Shown: positions 8,371-17,603, numbered from the stretch's first letter. The stretch: 32,000 nt of DNA from Schaalia meyeri (GCF_900105015.1 NZ_FNLK01000012.1:150001-182000); one strand, 5' to 3'. The notes: generated from the letters alone by a model not told the origin. Translations and numbers: made by a program.

Positions 8371-9495
8371 ATGGTGGTTTTTCCCGACATCCCCCGCTCC
8401 CTCCTGCCCGCCGACGGACGCTTCGGCTGCGGTCCCTCCAAAGTGCGGCAGGCCCAGGTTGAGGCACTCTCCCCCCTCCTCATGGGCACCTCTCACCGCG
8501 CGGAACCGGTGCGCCGAGTGATCGCGTCCCTCACCCTTGGCCTGCGTTCCCTCCTCAGCGTCCCGCAGGACTACGAGATCGTCGTGGGCAACGGCGGCGC
8601 CTCCGCCTTCTGGGACATCGCCTGCGCGTGCCTCATCCACTCCCGCGCGGCGCTCGGCTCGTGGGGAGCCTTCGGCGCGAAGTTCGCATCCGAGGTTGCA
8701 CGCGCCCCGCACCTTCACGCGCCCCTCATCGACGAGGCTGCTTTCGGCTCGCTCACGACCGTGACCCCACGATCGCCGGAAGAGCGCGTGGACGCCTACG
8801 CATATCCGCACAACGAGACCTCCACGGGCGTTATCTCCCCCGTCTATCGCGTCGACGCCCCCGGCGCGCTGACCCTCGTGGACGCAACATCGATCGCGGG
8901 GGCGGCCGCCATCGACATCCGCCGGGTCGACGCCTACTACTTCTCCCTACAAAAAACCTTCGGAGCCGACGGAGGCCTGTGGGTCGCCGTCCTCTCCCCC
9001 GAGGCCATCGATCGCGCGCGGGGCCTCGAGTCCTGCCCCGGCGGCCGGTGGATCCCGCAGTTCCTCTCGCTCACCACCGCGATCGAAAACTCCCGTAAGG
9101 ACCAGACCCTCAACACCCCGGCGCTGGCGACCATCGTCATGGCCGAACAGCAGGTCAGCTGGCTCAACTCCCAGGGCGGGGCGCCAGCCGTGAGCGCACG
9201 CTGCGCCCGGGCCTCATCCCTCATCTACCAGTGGGCCGATGACCACATGGCCGCCCACCCCTTCGTGACCGACCCACGGTGGCGCTCACCGGTGACGGCC
9301 ACGATCGAGATCGATGCGGACGTGTCCGCGAGCGCGCTCGCACACCACCTTCGCGGCAGCGGAATCGTCGATATCGGCGCGTACCGGGGCGTCGGAGCAA
9401 ACCAGCTGCGCATCGGCACGTGGCCCAGCGTGGACTACGCCGACGTCGAAGCGCTCCTGGAGTGCATCGACTATTGCCTGGAGCGCGTCATCTGA
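8371..9495 (+). CDS. serC: Phosphoserine aminotransferase, actinobacterial type (374 aa)
   Basis: The N-terminus IPRSLLPADGRFGCGPSKVRQAQVEAL and the overall length match mycobacterial-type SerC. It has a class-V aminotransferase-like body. Confidence 0.85.
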   Translation: MVVFPDIPRSLLPADGRFGCGPSKVRQAQVEALSPLLMGTSHRAEPVRRVIASLTLGLRSLLSVPQDYEIVVGNGGASAFWDIACACLIHSRAALGSWGAFGAKFASEVARAPHLHAPLIDEAAFGSLTTVTPRSPEERVDAYAYPHNETSTGVISPVYRVDAPGALTLVDATSIAGAAAIDIRRVDAYYFSLQKTFGADGGLWVAVLSPEAIDRARGLESCPGGRWIPQFLSLTTAIENSRKDQTLNTPALATIVMAEQQVSWLNSQGGAPAVSARCARASSLIYQWADDHMAAHPFVTDPRWRSPVTATIEIDADVSASALAHHLRGSGIVDIGAYRGVGANQLRIGTWPSVDYADVEALLECIDYCLERVI

Positions 9496-9516
9496 AGCGT
9501 TTGGGGGCTCCCGCCC

Positions 9517-10806
9517 TCAGATCGGATCCACGAAGCGACGCGGGGCATCCACCGAGGAATCGGCCTCCACGCCCACCCACGGAAAGGAGGGACGGCGCAC
9601 GACGCGCGCCTTCCAGTGGATCGCCGCCCATGCCCCGCACAGGAGCGCGATGCTAAGGGATGCGATGCCGCCCACCAAGATCGACCAGCGGGCCCCCATG
9701 GCGCGTCCCACCCAGCCGATGAGAGGCGAACCGATGGGCGTGGCACCCAGAAAGACCAGCGAATACAGGGCCATGACGCGACCGCGTTTGTCCGGGTCGG
9801 TCCGCGTCTGTACCAGGGCGTTCGCACTGGTGTTCATGGTGAGCATCGCGAAGCCCGTGGGGATCGAGGCCAACGCGAACCACCAGTAGGAGGGGGACAA
9901 CCCCAGGAGTATCTCGCACGCGCCGTAAAAGGCGGCCCCAAAGATGATCGTGCGCAACCTGGGGGCACGCCGCGCGGCGCCGGTGGCCCCCAGGATCGAG
10001 CCGACCGCCATGAACGACGAGAGGATGCCGAAGGAGCCGGCGGCCCTGCCGAACACCGTCGTGGCCATGAGGGCGCTGGTCATCTGAAAGTTCATGCCCA
10101 ACGCGCTCACGACGAAGATGAGGGCCAGGATGATGCGAATGTCGGCGCGTCCCTGCACGTACGCCAACGACTCGCGCAGCTGGCCGCGGGCACGCGGCAC
10201 GAGGGAACGGGGATAGAGCCGGTCTGTGCGCATGAGGGCCAGGGCGATGACGGGGGCCGCGAACATGCCCGCGTCGATGAGGAAGACCGGCCCCACGCCC
10301 CACCAATCGATGAACAGCCCGGCGGAGGCCGGACCGATCAGGCGAGCGGTATGGAAGGCGGTTGCGTTGAGCGCAACCGCGTTCGCCATTTTCTCGCGGG
10401 GAACCAGCTCCCCCACAAAGGCCTGACGCGCGGGCGTATCGACCGCGGAAATCGTGCCGGAGGCGAAAGCCAGCAGGTACTGGTGCCACAGCTCGCCGAT
10501 TCCGGTCAGGACGACGACGCCGATGACCAGGGACACCAGGCCGATGCCAGCCTGCGTGAACTGCAGGAGCCGCCTGCCGGGGATTCGGTCTGCCAGCACG
10601 CCGGCGGAGGCGGAAAACAGGATGATCGGCAGAAATTGGAGGGCAGTGACGACACCGACTTGGGAAGAGTCGTGGTCGGTGAGAACGGTCAGCACGTACC
10701 AGTCCTGGGCGACACGCTGGAGCCACGTGCCGGTCGAGGCGACGAGGGTTGCGACGAACCAGTAGCGGTAGTTCACGTAGCGCAGTGATGCGAAGGTAGC
10801 CGACAC
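9517..10806 (-). CDS. MFS transporter (429 aa)
   Basis: About 12 hydrophobic segments. The N-terminus VSATFASLRYVNYRYWFVATLVASTGTWLQRVAQDWYVL is typical of the EntS/MFS_3-like subgroup. Start trimmed to GTG 10806, which is preceded by GGGGAGGAA. The longer track ORF would run into the permease gene. Confidence 0.85.
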   Translation of the reverse strand: MSATFASLRYVNYRYWFVATLVASTGTWLQRVAQDWYVLTVLTDHDSSQVGVVTALQFLPIILFSASAGVLADRIPGRRLLQFTQAGIGLVSLVIGVVVLTGIGELWHQYLLAFASGTISAVDTPARQAFVGELVPREKMANAVALNATAFHTARLIGPASAGLFIDWWGVGPVFLIDAGMFAAPVIALALMRTDRLYPRSLVPRARGQLRESLAYVQGRADIRIILALIFVVSALGMNFQMTSALMATTVFGRAAGSFGILSSFMAVGSILGATGAARRAPRLRTIIFGAAFYGACEILLGLSPSYWWFALASIPTGFAMLTMNTSANALVQTRTDPDKRGRVMALYSLVFLGATPIGSPLIGWVGRAMGARWSILVGGIASLSIALLCGAWAAIHWKARVVRRPSFPWVGVEADSSVDAPRRFVDPI

Positions 10807-10837
10807 GCCGTTCCTCCCCTCTGGGCCGACTCGCCGC

Positions 10838-10877
10838 CGACGCGCCCCGGGTGCGCTGACGCGCCCGGGCCGCGTCG
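10838..10877 (-). terminator. GC-rich hairpin downstream of the NCS2 permease
   Basis: Outer arms CGACGCG / CGCGTCG with an extended inner GC stem carrying one bulge. It lies between the permease stop (10941) and the MFS start (10806). Confidence 0.5.
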
Positions 10878-10940
10878 GGTGTATCCCACCAGGATACGAC
10901 TCTCCCGGTGGAAGGCGGCGGGCAGGTGGGGCGCGGCGAA

Positions 10941-12392
10941 TCAGCCGACGCCCAGGAGACGCTGAATGGGCCCCAGCAGGAAGTAGACGACGAAGAGCCC
11001 GGACACCACCCACATGAGCGGGTGCACCTTGCGCGCCTGGCCCATCACCAACTGGATGAGCGCGTAGACCACGAAGCCGACGCCGATGCCGACGGATACC
11101 GAGTATCCGAAGGGCATGAGGGCGATCGTCATGAAAGACGGGATCGCGATCTCAGGCGCCTTCCAGTCGATGTCTGTCACCTGGGTCATCATGAGGAAAC
11201 CGACGAAAACCAGGGCCGTGGACGCGGCCTCGGTCGGGACCAGCTCAACCAGGGGGGCCAGGAAGGTCGACAGCAGGAAGAGGAATCCCGTCACCACGGA
11301 CGCCAGGCCGGTGCGAGCACCCTCGGCAACGCCCGAGGCGGACTCCACGTAGGAGGTGTTGGAAGAGACGCCGCCGACGCCGCCCGCCACGGCGGCAAGC
11401 GAGTCGATGATCAGGATCTGGCGGGTCTTCGGCGGGTTGCCCTCCTCATCCAGCAGCTGACCCTCGGCGCCGACGGCCACCATCGTGCCCATCGTGTCGA
11501 AAAAGTCGGCGAGCATCAAAGAGAAGACCAACAGGATCACGGAGACGACGCCGAGCTTGCTAAAGCCACCGAAGAGATCAACCTTGCCCAGCGTGTCGAA
11601 CACCGGGATCGCGATCGGGGATCCCCTGAGCTCGGGGATGGTCTGTCCCCAACCCGTCGGATTGGTCTGTGAGATGCGATCAAGGTGGGTAGTCGCCTGG
11701 ACGATGGCCGCCAGGACGGTCGCGGAGACGATCGAGATCAGCACCGCACCCTTCACGTGACGCACGTAGAGGACGAACATCAAAAAGAGCCCGAACACGA
11801 AAACCAGCGCCGGCCAGCCGTCGAGAGAACCCGAGATACCGAACTGCACGGGGGTCGCGCCCGTGCGGACGATGCCGGCGTTCACCAGGCCGATCAGGGC
11901 GACGAAGAGGCCCAGTCCCACCGTGATCGCGGTCTTGAGGGCGGAGGGGACGGCGCGGAAAACCGCCTCACGGAAGCCCGTGAGAACCAGCAGGAAGATG
12001 AGGATGCCTTCCCACGCGATGACCCCCATGGCCTCGCCGTAGCTCAGGCCGGAACTGAGCACCAGCGTGAAGGCGACAACCGCGTTCAGTCCGAGGCCCG
12101 CGGCGAGCGCCAGGGGATAGTTAGCGACGATGCCCATGAGAATCGTCATGGTGCCGGCAACGAGCGCGGTGCCGGCGGCGATGCCCTGGGGCGTGATGGA
12201 ACCATCCTCGGGGACAGCGTTTCCCAGGATCGCCGGATTGACGACCAGGATGTACGCCATCGCAAAGAAGGTGACGATTCCGCCGCGGATCTCGCGTCCG
12301 ATAGTTGAGCCGCGCCCGGAAATCTGGAAGAAGGAATCAAGTGACCGAATGAAGCCGCCGTGGGATGGGGCGGTCTTTTCTTGTGTGCTCAC
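10941..12392 (-). CDS. NCS2 (AzgA/PbuG-like) adenine/guanine/hypoxanthine permease (483 aa)
   Basis: The N-terminus ...FFQISGRGSTIGREIRGGIVTFFAMAYILVVNPAIL is family-typical, and the protein is polytopic. GTG start at 12392. Confidence 0.88.
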   Translation of the reverse strand: MSTQEKTAPSHGGFIRSLDSFFQISGRGSTIGREIRGGIVTFFAMAYILVVNPAILGNAVPEDGSITPQGIAAGTALVAGTMTILMGIVANYPLALAAGLGLNAVVAFTLVLSSGLSYGEAMGVIAWEGILIFLLVLTGFREAVFRAVPSALKTAITVGLGLFVALIGLVNAGIVRTGATPVQFGISGSLDGWPALVFVFGLFLMFVLYVRHVKGAVLISIVSATVLAAIVQATTHLDRISQTNPTGWGQTIPELRGSPIAIPVFDTLGKVDLFGGFSKLGVVSVILLVFSLMLADFFDTMGTMVAVGAEGQLLDEEGNPPKTRQILIIDSLAAVAGGVGGVSSNTSYVESASGVAEGARTGLASVVTGFLFLLSTFLAPLVELVPTEAASTALVFVGFLMMTQVTDIDWKAPEIAIPSFMTIALMPFGYSVSVGIGVGFVVYALIQLVMGQARKVHPLMWVVSGLFVVYFLLGPIQRLLGVG

Positions 12393-12456
12393 TGCTCAAT
12401 CCTGCCTCGTTTGTCGGCCTGTGCGCAAACACACTCTCCAAGTTCTCACTTGTTGA

Positions 12457-12489
12457 GAAAGCATCCGGAATCCCCTCCCGGATGCTTTC
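12457..12489 (-). terminator. Hairpin downstream of the DUF3027 gene
   Basis: Perfect 12-bp arms GAAAGCATCCGG (12457-12468) / CCGGATGCTTTC (12478-12489) with a 9-nt loop, about 25 nt past the stop at 12514. Confidence 0.65.
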
Positions 12490-12513
12490 CCCCGTTTCAT
12501 CGCAAACGATACC

Positions 12514-13326
12514 TCAGTCCGCCCGCTTTTCCCGCCCGTCACCCCGCGCGTTATCGACTATTTTTTGCGGCATCGGTTCGGCATCGAGCACCCCTTCGTT
12601 CACGCGCGAGGGGCGCACGGGCCACGCCGTCGCGTTCTTGGGGACGTCGGTCTCCGAGTGCGAGCCGCAGGTGTGATCCAGTGAGACCACGGCACCGTCG
12701 TCGGTCGCCCACTCGTTCGCACAGACGCCAAACATGGTTCGCATATCGCCGCTCATCTTCATGAGAAACCCGCAGGTCGAACAGGTGTCGCGCGGACGGC
12801 GGCCCGACTTTGGTCCCCGCTCCGACCGGTACCAGCGCTGAGCAGCCTGGCTGCGTCCCTCGTGGGAGAGGACGCGCGGACGCCCGACACCCAGTTCGCG
12901 CACGATCGGCAGATCCGGGTCGATTCCCGTGTCCTCGTAGCTCTGTTCCAGGCGCACATCGTCGGCCACGTAGGGCAGGGTATCCTCGCGCGAAATGTCC
13001 GAGGGGCGCAGTCGCTCCTCCCACGGCACCCACTCGGGTGCCAAAAGGGCCCCCTCACGCGGGGTCATGTCGACCTCGCACACGGTGGCCACGCGGCCGC
13101 GAGGCACGCGCGCGATGGTCACCGCCCAGCACCAGCACACGTAACCGGCGTCCGTCGACGCGAAATAGTGCGTGGCCAGCCGATCCGACACCATCTTGAA
13201 ACCGACGTGCTCGCCGACACGGCGCGGGTACGCCACGGCCTCGGCGCCCGCGCGGGCCACGTCGATGGCCGCCTCTAAGATGGCGTCCTTCTTCACTGCC
13301 CGGGTCCGGGTCTGAGTCTTAGGCAT
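12514..13326 (-). CDS. DUF3027 domain-containing protein (270 aa)
   Basis: Conserved actinobacterial partner of the cold-shock gene. It has a C-terminal Cys/His cluster CSTCGF...GVCANEW...HTCGSH. ATG 13326 overlaps the csp stop by 8 nt. Confidence 0.8.
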   Translation of the reverse strand: MPKTQTRTRAVKKDAILEAAIDVARAGAEAVAYPRRVGEHVGFKMVSDRLATHYFASTDAGYVCWCWAVTIARVPRGRVATVCEVDMTPREGALLAPEWVPWEERLRPSDISREDTLPYVADDVRLEQSYEDTGIDPDLPIVRELGVGRPRVLSHEGRSQAAQRWYRSERGPKSGRRPRDTCSTCGFLMKMSGDMRTMFGVCANEWATDDGAVVSLDHTCGSHSETDVPKNATAWPVRPSRVNEGVLDAEPMPQKIVDNARGDGREKRAD

Positions 13327-13696
13327 CAAATTCCTCTGCGACGGCGCGCAGCACCTTCGCGATCTTGGTTGCGTTGTCCGGGTACGACCCGCGACGCAGC
13401 GAGGCGCTGGAGGCGTCGAGGAGTTTAATCAGGTCCTCGACGACCGGCACCATCGCCTGCGGCTTGCGGCGCTTGGCTCGGGCAACGGAAGCTGTCTCCT
13501 TGAGGACGCGCACGCTCAAAGCCTGCGGTCCCTTGCGTCCGTCGGCCACCGAGTACTCCACGCGCGCACCCACTCGGGGGGTGGGGTGGTCGGTCGGCAG
13601 CGCGGACGAATGGAGGAAGACATCGGCCCCGTCGTCTCCCGCGATGAAGCCGAAACCGCGATCAGCGTCGAAGAACCTCACTTTACCTGTGGGCAT
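13319..13696 (-). CDS. Cold-shock domain protein with a C-terminal extension (125 aa)
   Basis: CSD with RNP motifs RGFGFI and DVFLHS, plus a basic/helical extension of about 55 aa, like mycobacterial CspB-type proteins. ATG 13696 is preceded by GGAGGAGG. Confidence 0.9.
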   Translation of the reverse strand: MPTGKVRFFDADRGFGFIAGDDGADVFLHSSALPTDHPTPRVGARVEYSVADGRKGPQALSVRVLKETASVARAKRRKPQAMVPVVEDLIKLLDASSASLRRGSYPDNATKIAKVLRAVAEEFDA

Positions 13697-13942
13697 GGTC
13701 CCTCCTCCTTTCGATTAGTCTGTGTGCCCAAAGGGCTCGCTCCTATCATAGGGCGCTCGCTCGCGGCACGTGGGAGCCGGACCGGTACCTGTAGCGAACA
13801 GCACCACCCGCCGCAAGAGGGTCCGTCATTCACGTAGACTGACTCCACGGCAACAATCACGTCGCGCCCGGCGCACCGCATCCGGTGCATGCGCGCAATG
13901 TGGTGTATGTTTATCTGTTCGCCACGACGCAGGAGGACCCCC

Positions 13943-16000
13943 GTGTCACAAATCCGCCGCTTCAGCCTGGTCGCTGCCATCACAGCGATATTGCTCGCGC
14001 TCGGCCTGCCGACGTTCGCCGCGTCGCCTCTGACCATCAGCGGGACCGTGACCGATCCGGACGGGTGGCTTGGCGCCTCCGACCGCTCCACCGTCGAGGC
14101 GGCCGCCAGCACCGCCGCCTCTCACGGTAAGAGTGTCCACTTCGTGTTCGTCGCAGACTTCTCCGGGGTTGATGCGGAGCAATGGTGCCGACAAAGCGCG
14201 AGCCAGTCTTCCCTCAGCTCCGGATCCATCGTCTACGTCATCGCGTATTCCCAGCGTCGCGACGCGGCGTGCGCGCGGGGCGGGCAGTCTTCGTCCACCC
14301 TGCGCACCGCGGTGCGGGCGGCCGAGGCCCAGCTCACATCCAATCCATTAACGGGGGCGGATGCGGCGAACGGGGCGAAAGCTTTCGTCGATTCGATGGT
14401 GTCGGGCTCGGGAACCCCGACACGTTCGAGCTCCTCCGGCGGCTCAACGAATTCCCCTTCTTCGAGGTCGCTGATCCCCCTCCTGATCCTCCTCACGCTC
14501 TTCGTCGGCGGCGCCCTCGTGATCGCCGTCGTGGTGGCACGCTCCTCGCGCCGCAACAAAGAGGCCGCCCAGCGCGCGACCCAGATCGATGCGGCGACCG
14601 CACAAGGTTTAATCCGGGAAGCCAACCGCCAGCTGCTCGCAGCCGACGAGCAGGTACGCACCGCATCCGACGAACTGAACTTCGCGCGCGCCCAGTTCGG
14701 CATGGCAGAAACGGACGAATTCGCACGCGTTCTCGAAGCGGCGAAGGCGGCGGTCTCGCGCGGCTTTGCCGCTCAGGCGCAGATGAACGAGACCCTGCCA
14801 CCCGCCGCCCAAGCAGAGCTGGCCACCAGCATCATGCGCGACCTGGGCACCAACCTGAACCCCCTGAGCGCCATCCAGGCGTCCTTCGCGTCCAGACGTG
14901 CCGAGGAAGCGACGCTCCCCGACCGCATCCGCGAGGCCCGCGAGCGCCTGGCAGAGGGGCTGACGGACCTGGAACACGCGAAAGCCGAGCTGGTAAGCAT
15001 CGCTAGCATCTATCCCGCGCAAATGCTGGCTTCCCTCCAGGACAACCCGGAGCAGGCGGCGGCGCTGCTCACCTCCGCGCGCTCGGCCCTGGACGCCGCA
15101 CAGGAGGCGGAGGACACGGATCGCACCCGCGCGGCCAGCGCACTTGACACGGCTTTGCGCGCGCTGACGATGGCCAAGCATCAGACCGCCGCGATCTTCT
15201 CCGCGAAGTCCGACCTGGACGCCATCCGCGACCGCCTGGGTGCCGCGATCGGCTCCATCTCCTCCGACATTTCAGACGTCGATCGCCTCGACACCGACCC
15301 CGCCACCTTCGATCCCCTGGTCGCGGATGCCCGCGCGGCCATCACCGCGGCCCAGGCGGCCCTGGCCAACAACGGAGATCCGCTGGCCGCCCTCGAGCAC
15401 CTGCGCGCCGCCGAGGCGACCCTGGACGCCGCCCTGGCCCCTTCGCGCAGCGAACAGGAAGCCCACGATAGGGCCTACGCGACCGCCCAGGCCCAGGTTT
15501 CCCTGGCTGATTCCCTGGTCGCACAGGCGCAGCGCTACGTGCAGGGTCGCCGCGGGGCCATCGACCTTCAGGTGCGTTCCATGCTCAACGACGCCGAGCA
15601 AGAACTAAACACCGCTCGCGAGGTAATCGAAGAGGACCCGGCTGCCGCGACCACCCACGCCTCTAACGCGCGCGCCCTGGCCGACCGTGTCGTGTCGACC
15701 CCCATCCAGCCCGCCGCCGCCGAGACCTGGGGCTCCACTCGCTCTGGCAACGGTTCTTTCACCGGTTCCTCGCTGGGGGACTTCCTGCTGTGGTCCACCC
15801 TCTTTTCTAACGTTGGATCGAGCCGCCACCGGCACTGGGACGATGACTTCGACCCCTTCCACAGCGGAAGTAGCAGCTCGGGCTCGGGCTGGTCATTCGC
15901 CTCGGGTTCCGGCTCCGACTGGGGCGATTCCGGCTGGTCCTCCACCTCCGGCTCCGACTGGGGTGGTTCCGACTGGTCCTCCACCTCAGGAAGCTTCTGA
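13943..16000 (+). CDS. TPM-domain membrane protein with a long Ala-rich helical region and a Gly/Ser/Trp-rich tail (685 aa)
   Basis: GTG 13943 follows AGGAGGA. Domains in order: a signal/TM segment LVAAITAILLALGLPTFA; a TPM-like domain (VTDPDGWLGASDRSTVEAAA...VHFVFVADFSG...IVYVIAYSQRRDAA); the TM segment LIPLLILLTLFVGGALVIAVVVA; about 400 aa of coiled-coil-like sequence; and the tail GSGWSFASGSGSDWGDSGWSSTSGSDWGGSDWSSTSGSF. Confidence 0.8.
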   Translation: MSQIRRFSLVAAITAILLALGLPTFAASPLTISGTVTDPDGWLGASDRSTVEAAASTAASHGKSVHFVFVADFSGVDAEQWCRQSASQSSLSSGSIVYVIAYSQRRDAACARGGQSSSTLRTAVRAAEAQLTSNPLTGADAANGAKAFVDSMVSGSGTPTRSSSSGGSTNSPSSRSLIPLLILLTLFVGGALVIAVVVARSSRRNKEAAQRATQIDAATAQGLIREANRQLLAADEQVRTASDELNFARAQFGMAETDEFARVLEAAKAAVSRGFAAQAQMNETLPPAAQAELATSIMRDLGTNLNPLSAIQASFASRRAEEATLPDRIREARERLAEGLTDLEHAKAELVSIASIYPAQMLASLQDNPEQAAALLTSARSALDAAQEAEDTDRTRAASALDTALRALTMAKHQTAAIFSAKSDLDAIRDRLGAAIGSISSDISDVDRLDTDPATFDPLVADARAAITAAQAALANNGDPLAALEHLRAAEATLDAALAPSRSEQEAHDRAYATAQAQVSLADSLVAQAQRYVQGRRGAIDLQVRSMLNDAEQELNTAREVIEEDPAAATTHASNARALADRVVSTPIQPAAAETWGSTRSGNGSFTGSSLGDFLLWSTLFSNVGSSRHRHWDDDFDPFHSGSSSSGSGWSFASGSGSDWGDSGWSSTSGSDWGGSDWSSTSGSF
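15911..15988 (+). repeat. Tandem 39-nt (13-codon) duplication inside the TPM gene tail
   Basis: Copy 1 is at 15911-15949 and copy 2 at 15950-15988. They differ at about 5 positions and encode GSDWG[DG]S[GD]WSSTS. Confidence 0.8.
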
Positions 16001-16077
16001 CCCACCCACCGACCTGCGGGGCGATGGCCCCGCGCATAACCCGCGCACGACGCGCACCACCACCAAAGGAGAACAGC

Positions 16078-16800
16078 ATGGCTGAAAAACAGACGATCAT
16101 GGGCCGCATCGCCCAGCTCGCAAAGGCGAACATCAACGCGATTCTCGACAAGGCCGAGGACCCGCAGAAGATGATCGACCAGCTGGTCCGCGACTACACC
16201 AACTCGATCATCGAGGCCGAGAACGCGATCGCCCAGACCCTGGGCAACCTGCGCATGGCCGAAAAAGACTACGAGGAAGACGTGAAGGCTGCCGCCGACT
16301 GGGGTCAAAAGGCCGCCGCCGCCTCCGCGAAAGCCGACGCTCTGCGCGCCGCCGGCGACGAGGCCGGAGCCACCAAGTGGGATGACCTGGCAAAGGTCGC
16401 CCTCGGCAAGCAGATTCAGTTCGAGAACGAGATCAAGACCGAGGAGCCCTCCCTCCAGGCGCAGCGCGAAGTGGCCGAACGCCTCAAGCGCGGCCTGTCC
16501 CAGATGAAGGACAAGCTCACCGAGCTCAAGTCGCGTCGCGACCAGCTGATCGCCCGCGAAAAAACCGCGCAGGCGCAGGCGCAGGTGACCGACGCGCTCG
16601 GCTCCATCAACATCTTGGACCCCACGAGCGAGCTCGGCCGTTTCGAGGACCGTGTGCGCCGCCAGGAGGCCCTGGCGCAGGGCAAGATCGAGCTGGCCGC
16701 CTCCTCCCTGGACGCGCAGTTCGCGGAGCTCGAAACCGACTCCTCACAGATCGAGATCGAGGCTCGCCTGGCGGCCCTGAAGGGCAAGTCCGAGGAGTGA
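16078..16800 (+). CDS. pspA: PspA/IM30 family protein (240 aa)
   Basis: MAEKQTIMGRIAQLAKANINAILDKAEDPQKMIDQLVRDY... is the canonical PspA/IM30 N-terminus, and the protein is coiled-coil throughout. ATG 16078 follows AAGGAGAA. Confidence 0.9.
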   Translation: MAEKQTIMGRIAQLAKANINAILDKAEDPQKMIDQLVRDYTNSIIEAENAIAQTLGNLRMAEKDYEEDVKAAADWGQKAAAASAKADALRAAGDEAGATKWDDLAKVALGKQIQFENEIKTEEPSLQAQREVAERLKRGLSQMKDKLTELKSRRDQLIAREKTAQAQAQVTDALGSINILDPTSELGRFEDRVRRQEALAQGKIELAASSLDAQFAELETDSSQIEIEARLAALKGKSEE

Positions 16801-16830
16801 CGCCTTCGTCACCCCGGAGGGGACGTGACG

Positions 16831-16863
16831 CGGCCGGGTGGTTCCAGTGGGGCCACCCGGCCG
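16831..16863. terminator. Hairpin between the convergent pspA and NYN genes
   Basis: 11-bp arms CGGCCGGGTGG (16831-16841) / CCACCCGGCCG (16853-16863). Confidence 0.55.
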
Positions 16864-16912
16864 GTTCGTATCTGGCCTCCGGTTGACGCCTCGCGAACGC
16901 GAGGTGTCGCGT

Positions 16913-17497
16913 TTAGAGGAACGCCCCGGGATCGAAGTCGTCGATGTCGATGATGCGGAGCCTGGGCAGGCGCACCTGGAACGCGTGCACGTCGTACTCC
17001 AGGTCGATGATCTCGAGGCCGGATTCTGCCCGTTCGTGCAGCTGGGAGGATAAAAACTCCTTGAAACACATGACGGCGACGCGTCGGCCCTGTTCAAGGA
17101 GCGCGTCGATCTGGGGCAGGAAATCCGCGTCGTGGCTGGCCAGGATCACGTCGCCCGAACCGAGCTGGGCGATCGCATCCATCGTGCGCTGCAGGCCCAC
17201 GTCGACGACCTTCATGTCAGCGGGGCCCGACAGGGGGATCACCGAGTAGTCCATCGCCGTGAGCGCCTGGACGAAGCCCATGGGCAGGAAGCCGGAGGAG
17301 CCATTGAGGAAGAATAGCCCCTTCGCGCGCTGCCCCCAACGGTCGTGCGCGCACTCCAGCACGCGATCCCAGCGGGGACGTTCCTCGGGGTTCGGGCGCC
17401 GATCCAGGACCGACAGCCCCAGCGTTGCGTCAATATTTTCGCCGTCTACAACGAGATATGTCGTTTGATCATTAGAGGTTTCCATGGCGAACATCAT
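16913..17497 (-). CDS. NYN (LabA/PIN-like) domain protein (194 aa)
   Basis: YLVVDGENIDATLG...DVILASHDADFLPQIDALLEQGRRVAVMCF matches the NYN/LabA-like acidic-residue pattern. The start is ambiguous among ATGs at 17497, 17494 and 17485. Confidence 0.75.
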   Translation of the reverse strand: MMFAMETSNDQTTYLVVDGENIDATLGLSVLDRRPNPEERPRWDRVLECAHDRWGQRAKGLFFLNGSSGFLPMGFVQALTAMDYSVIPLSGPADMKVVDVGLQRTMDAIAQLGSGDVILASHDADFLPQIDALLEQGRRVAVMCFKEFLSSQLHERAESGLEIIDLEYDVHAFQVRLPRLRIIDIDDFDPGAFL

Positions 17498-17561
17498 AGC
17501 CGATCACGCGCGACATCGACGCTGCCTTGGGTCCTGGAAATTGGGTTCTGCCAGCACGCGC

Positions 17562-17603
17562 GTGGCCGGGCCGGGACCGCTCAACGCAGCCCGGCCCGGC
17601 CAC
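17562..17603 (-). terminator. Hairpin downstream of glpK
   Basis: Perfect 14-bp arms GTGGCCGGGCCGGG (17562-17575) / CCCGGCCCGGCCAC (17590-17603), 15 nt past the glpK stop. Confidence 0.6.

Noticed and set aside
8212-8811. A 200-codon N-terminal extension of the DtxR-family ORF (track ORF 7519..8811).
   Set aside because: The family N-terminus (wHTH) begins at MKEDVV (ATG 8211). The extension is not protein-like and would overlap the serC 5' end on the opposite strand.
10807-11013. An N-terminal extension of the MFS ORF. Similar extensions occur for lysS (23038..23154), the response regulator (27664..27825) and the TPM gene (13889..13942).
   Set aside because: The extensions are Arg/Pro-rich or overlap neighbouring genes. 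In each case an internal start with a good Shine-Dalgarno sequence matches the family N-terminus.
12393-12513. A possible purine riboswitch upstream of the NCS2 purine permease.
   Set aside because: Only about 60 nt separate the upstream terminator hairpin from the GTG start. I could not find the conserved purine-riboswitch loops or junction.
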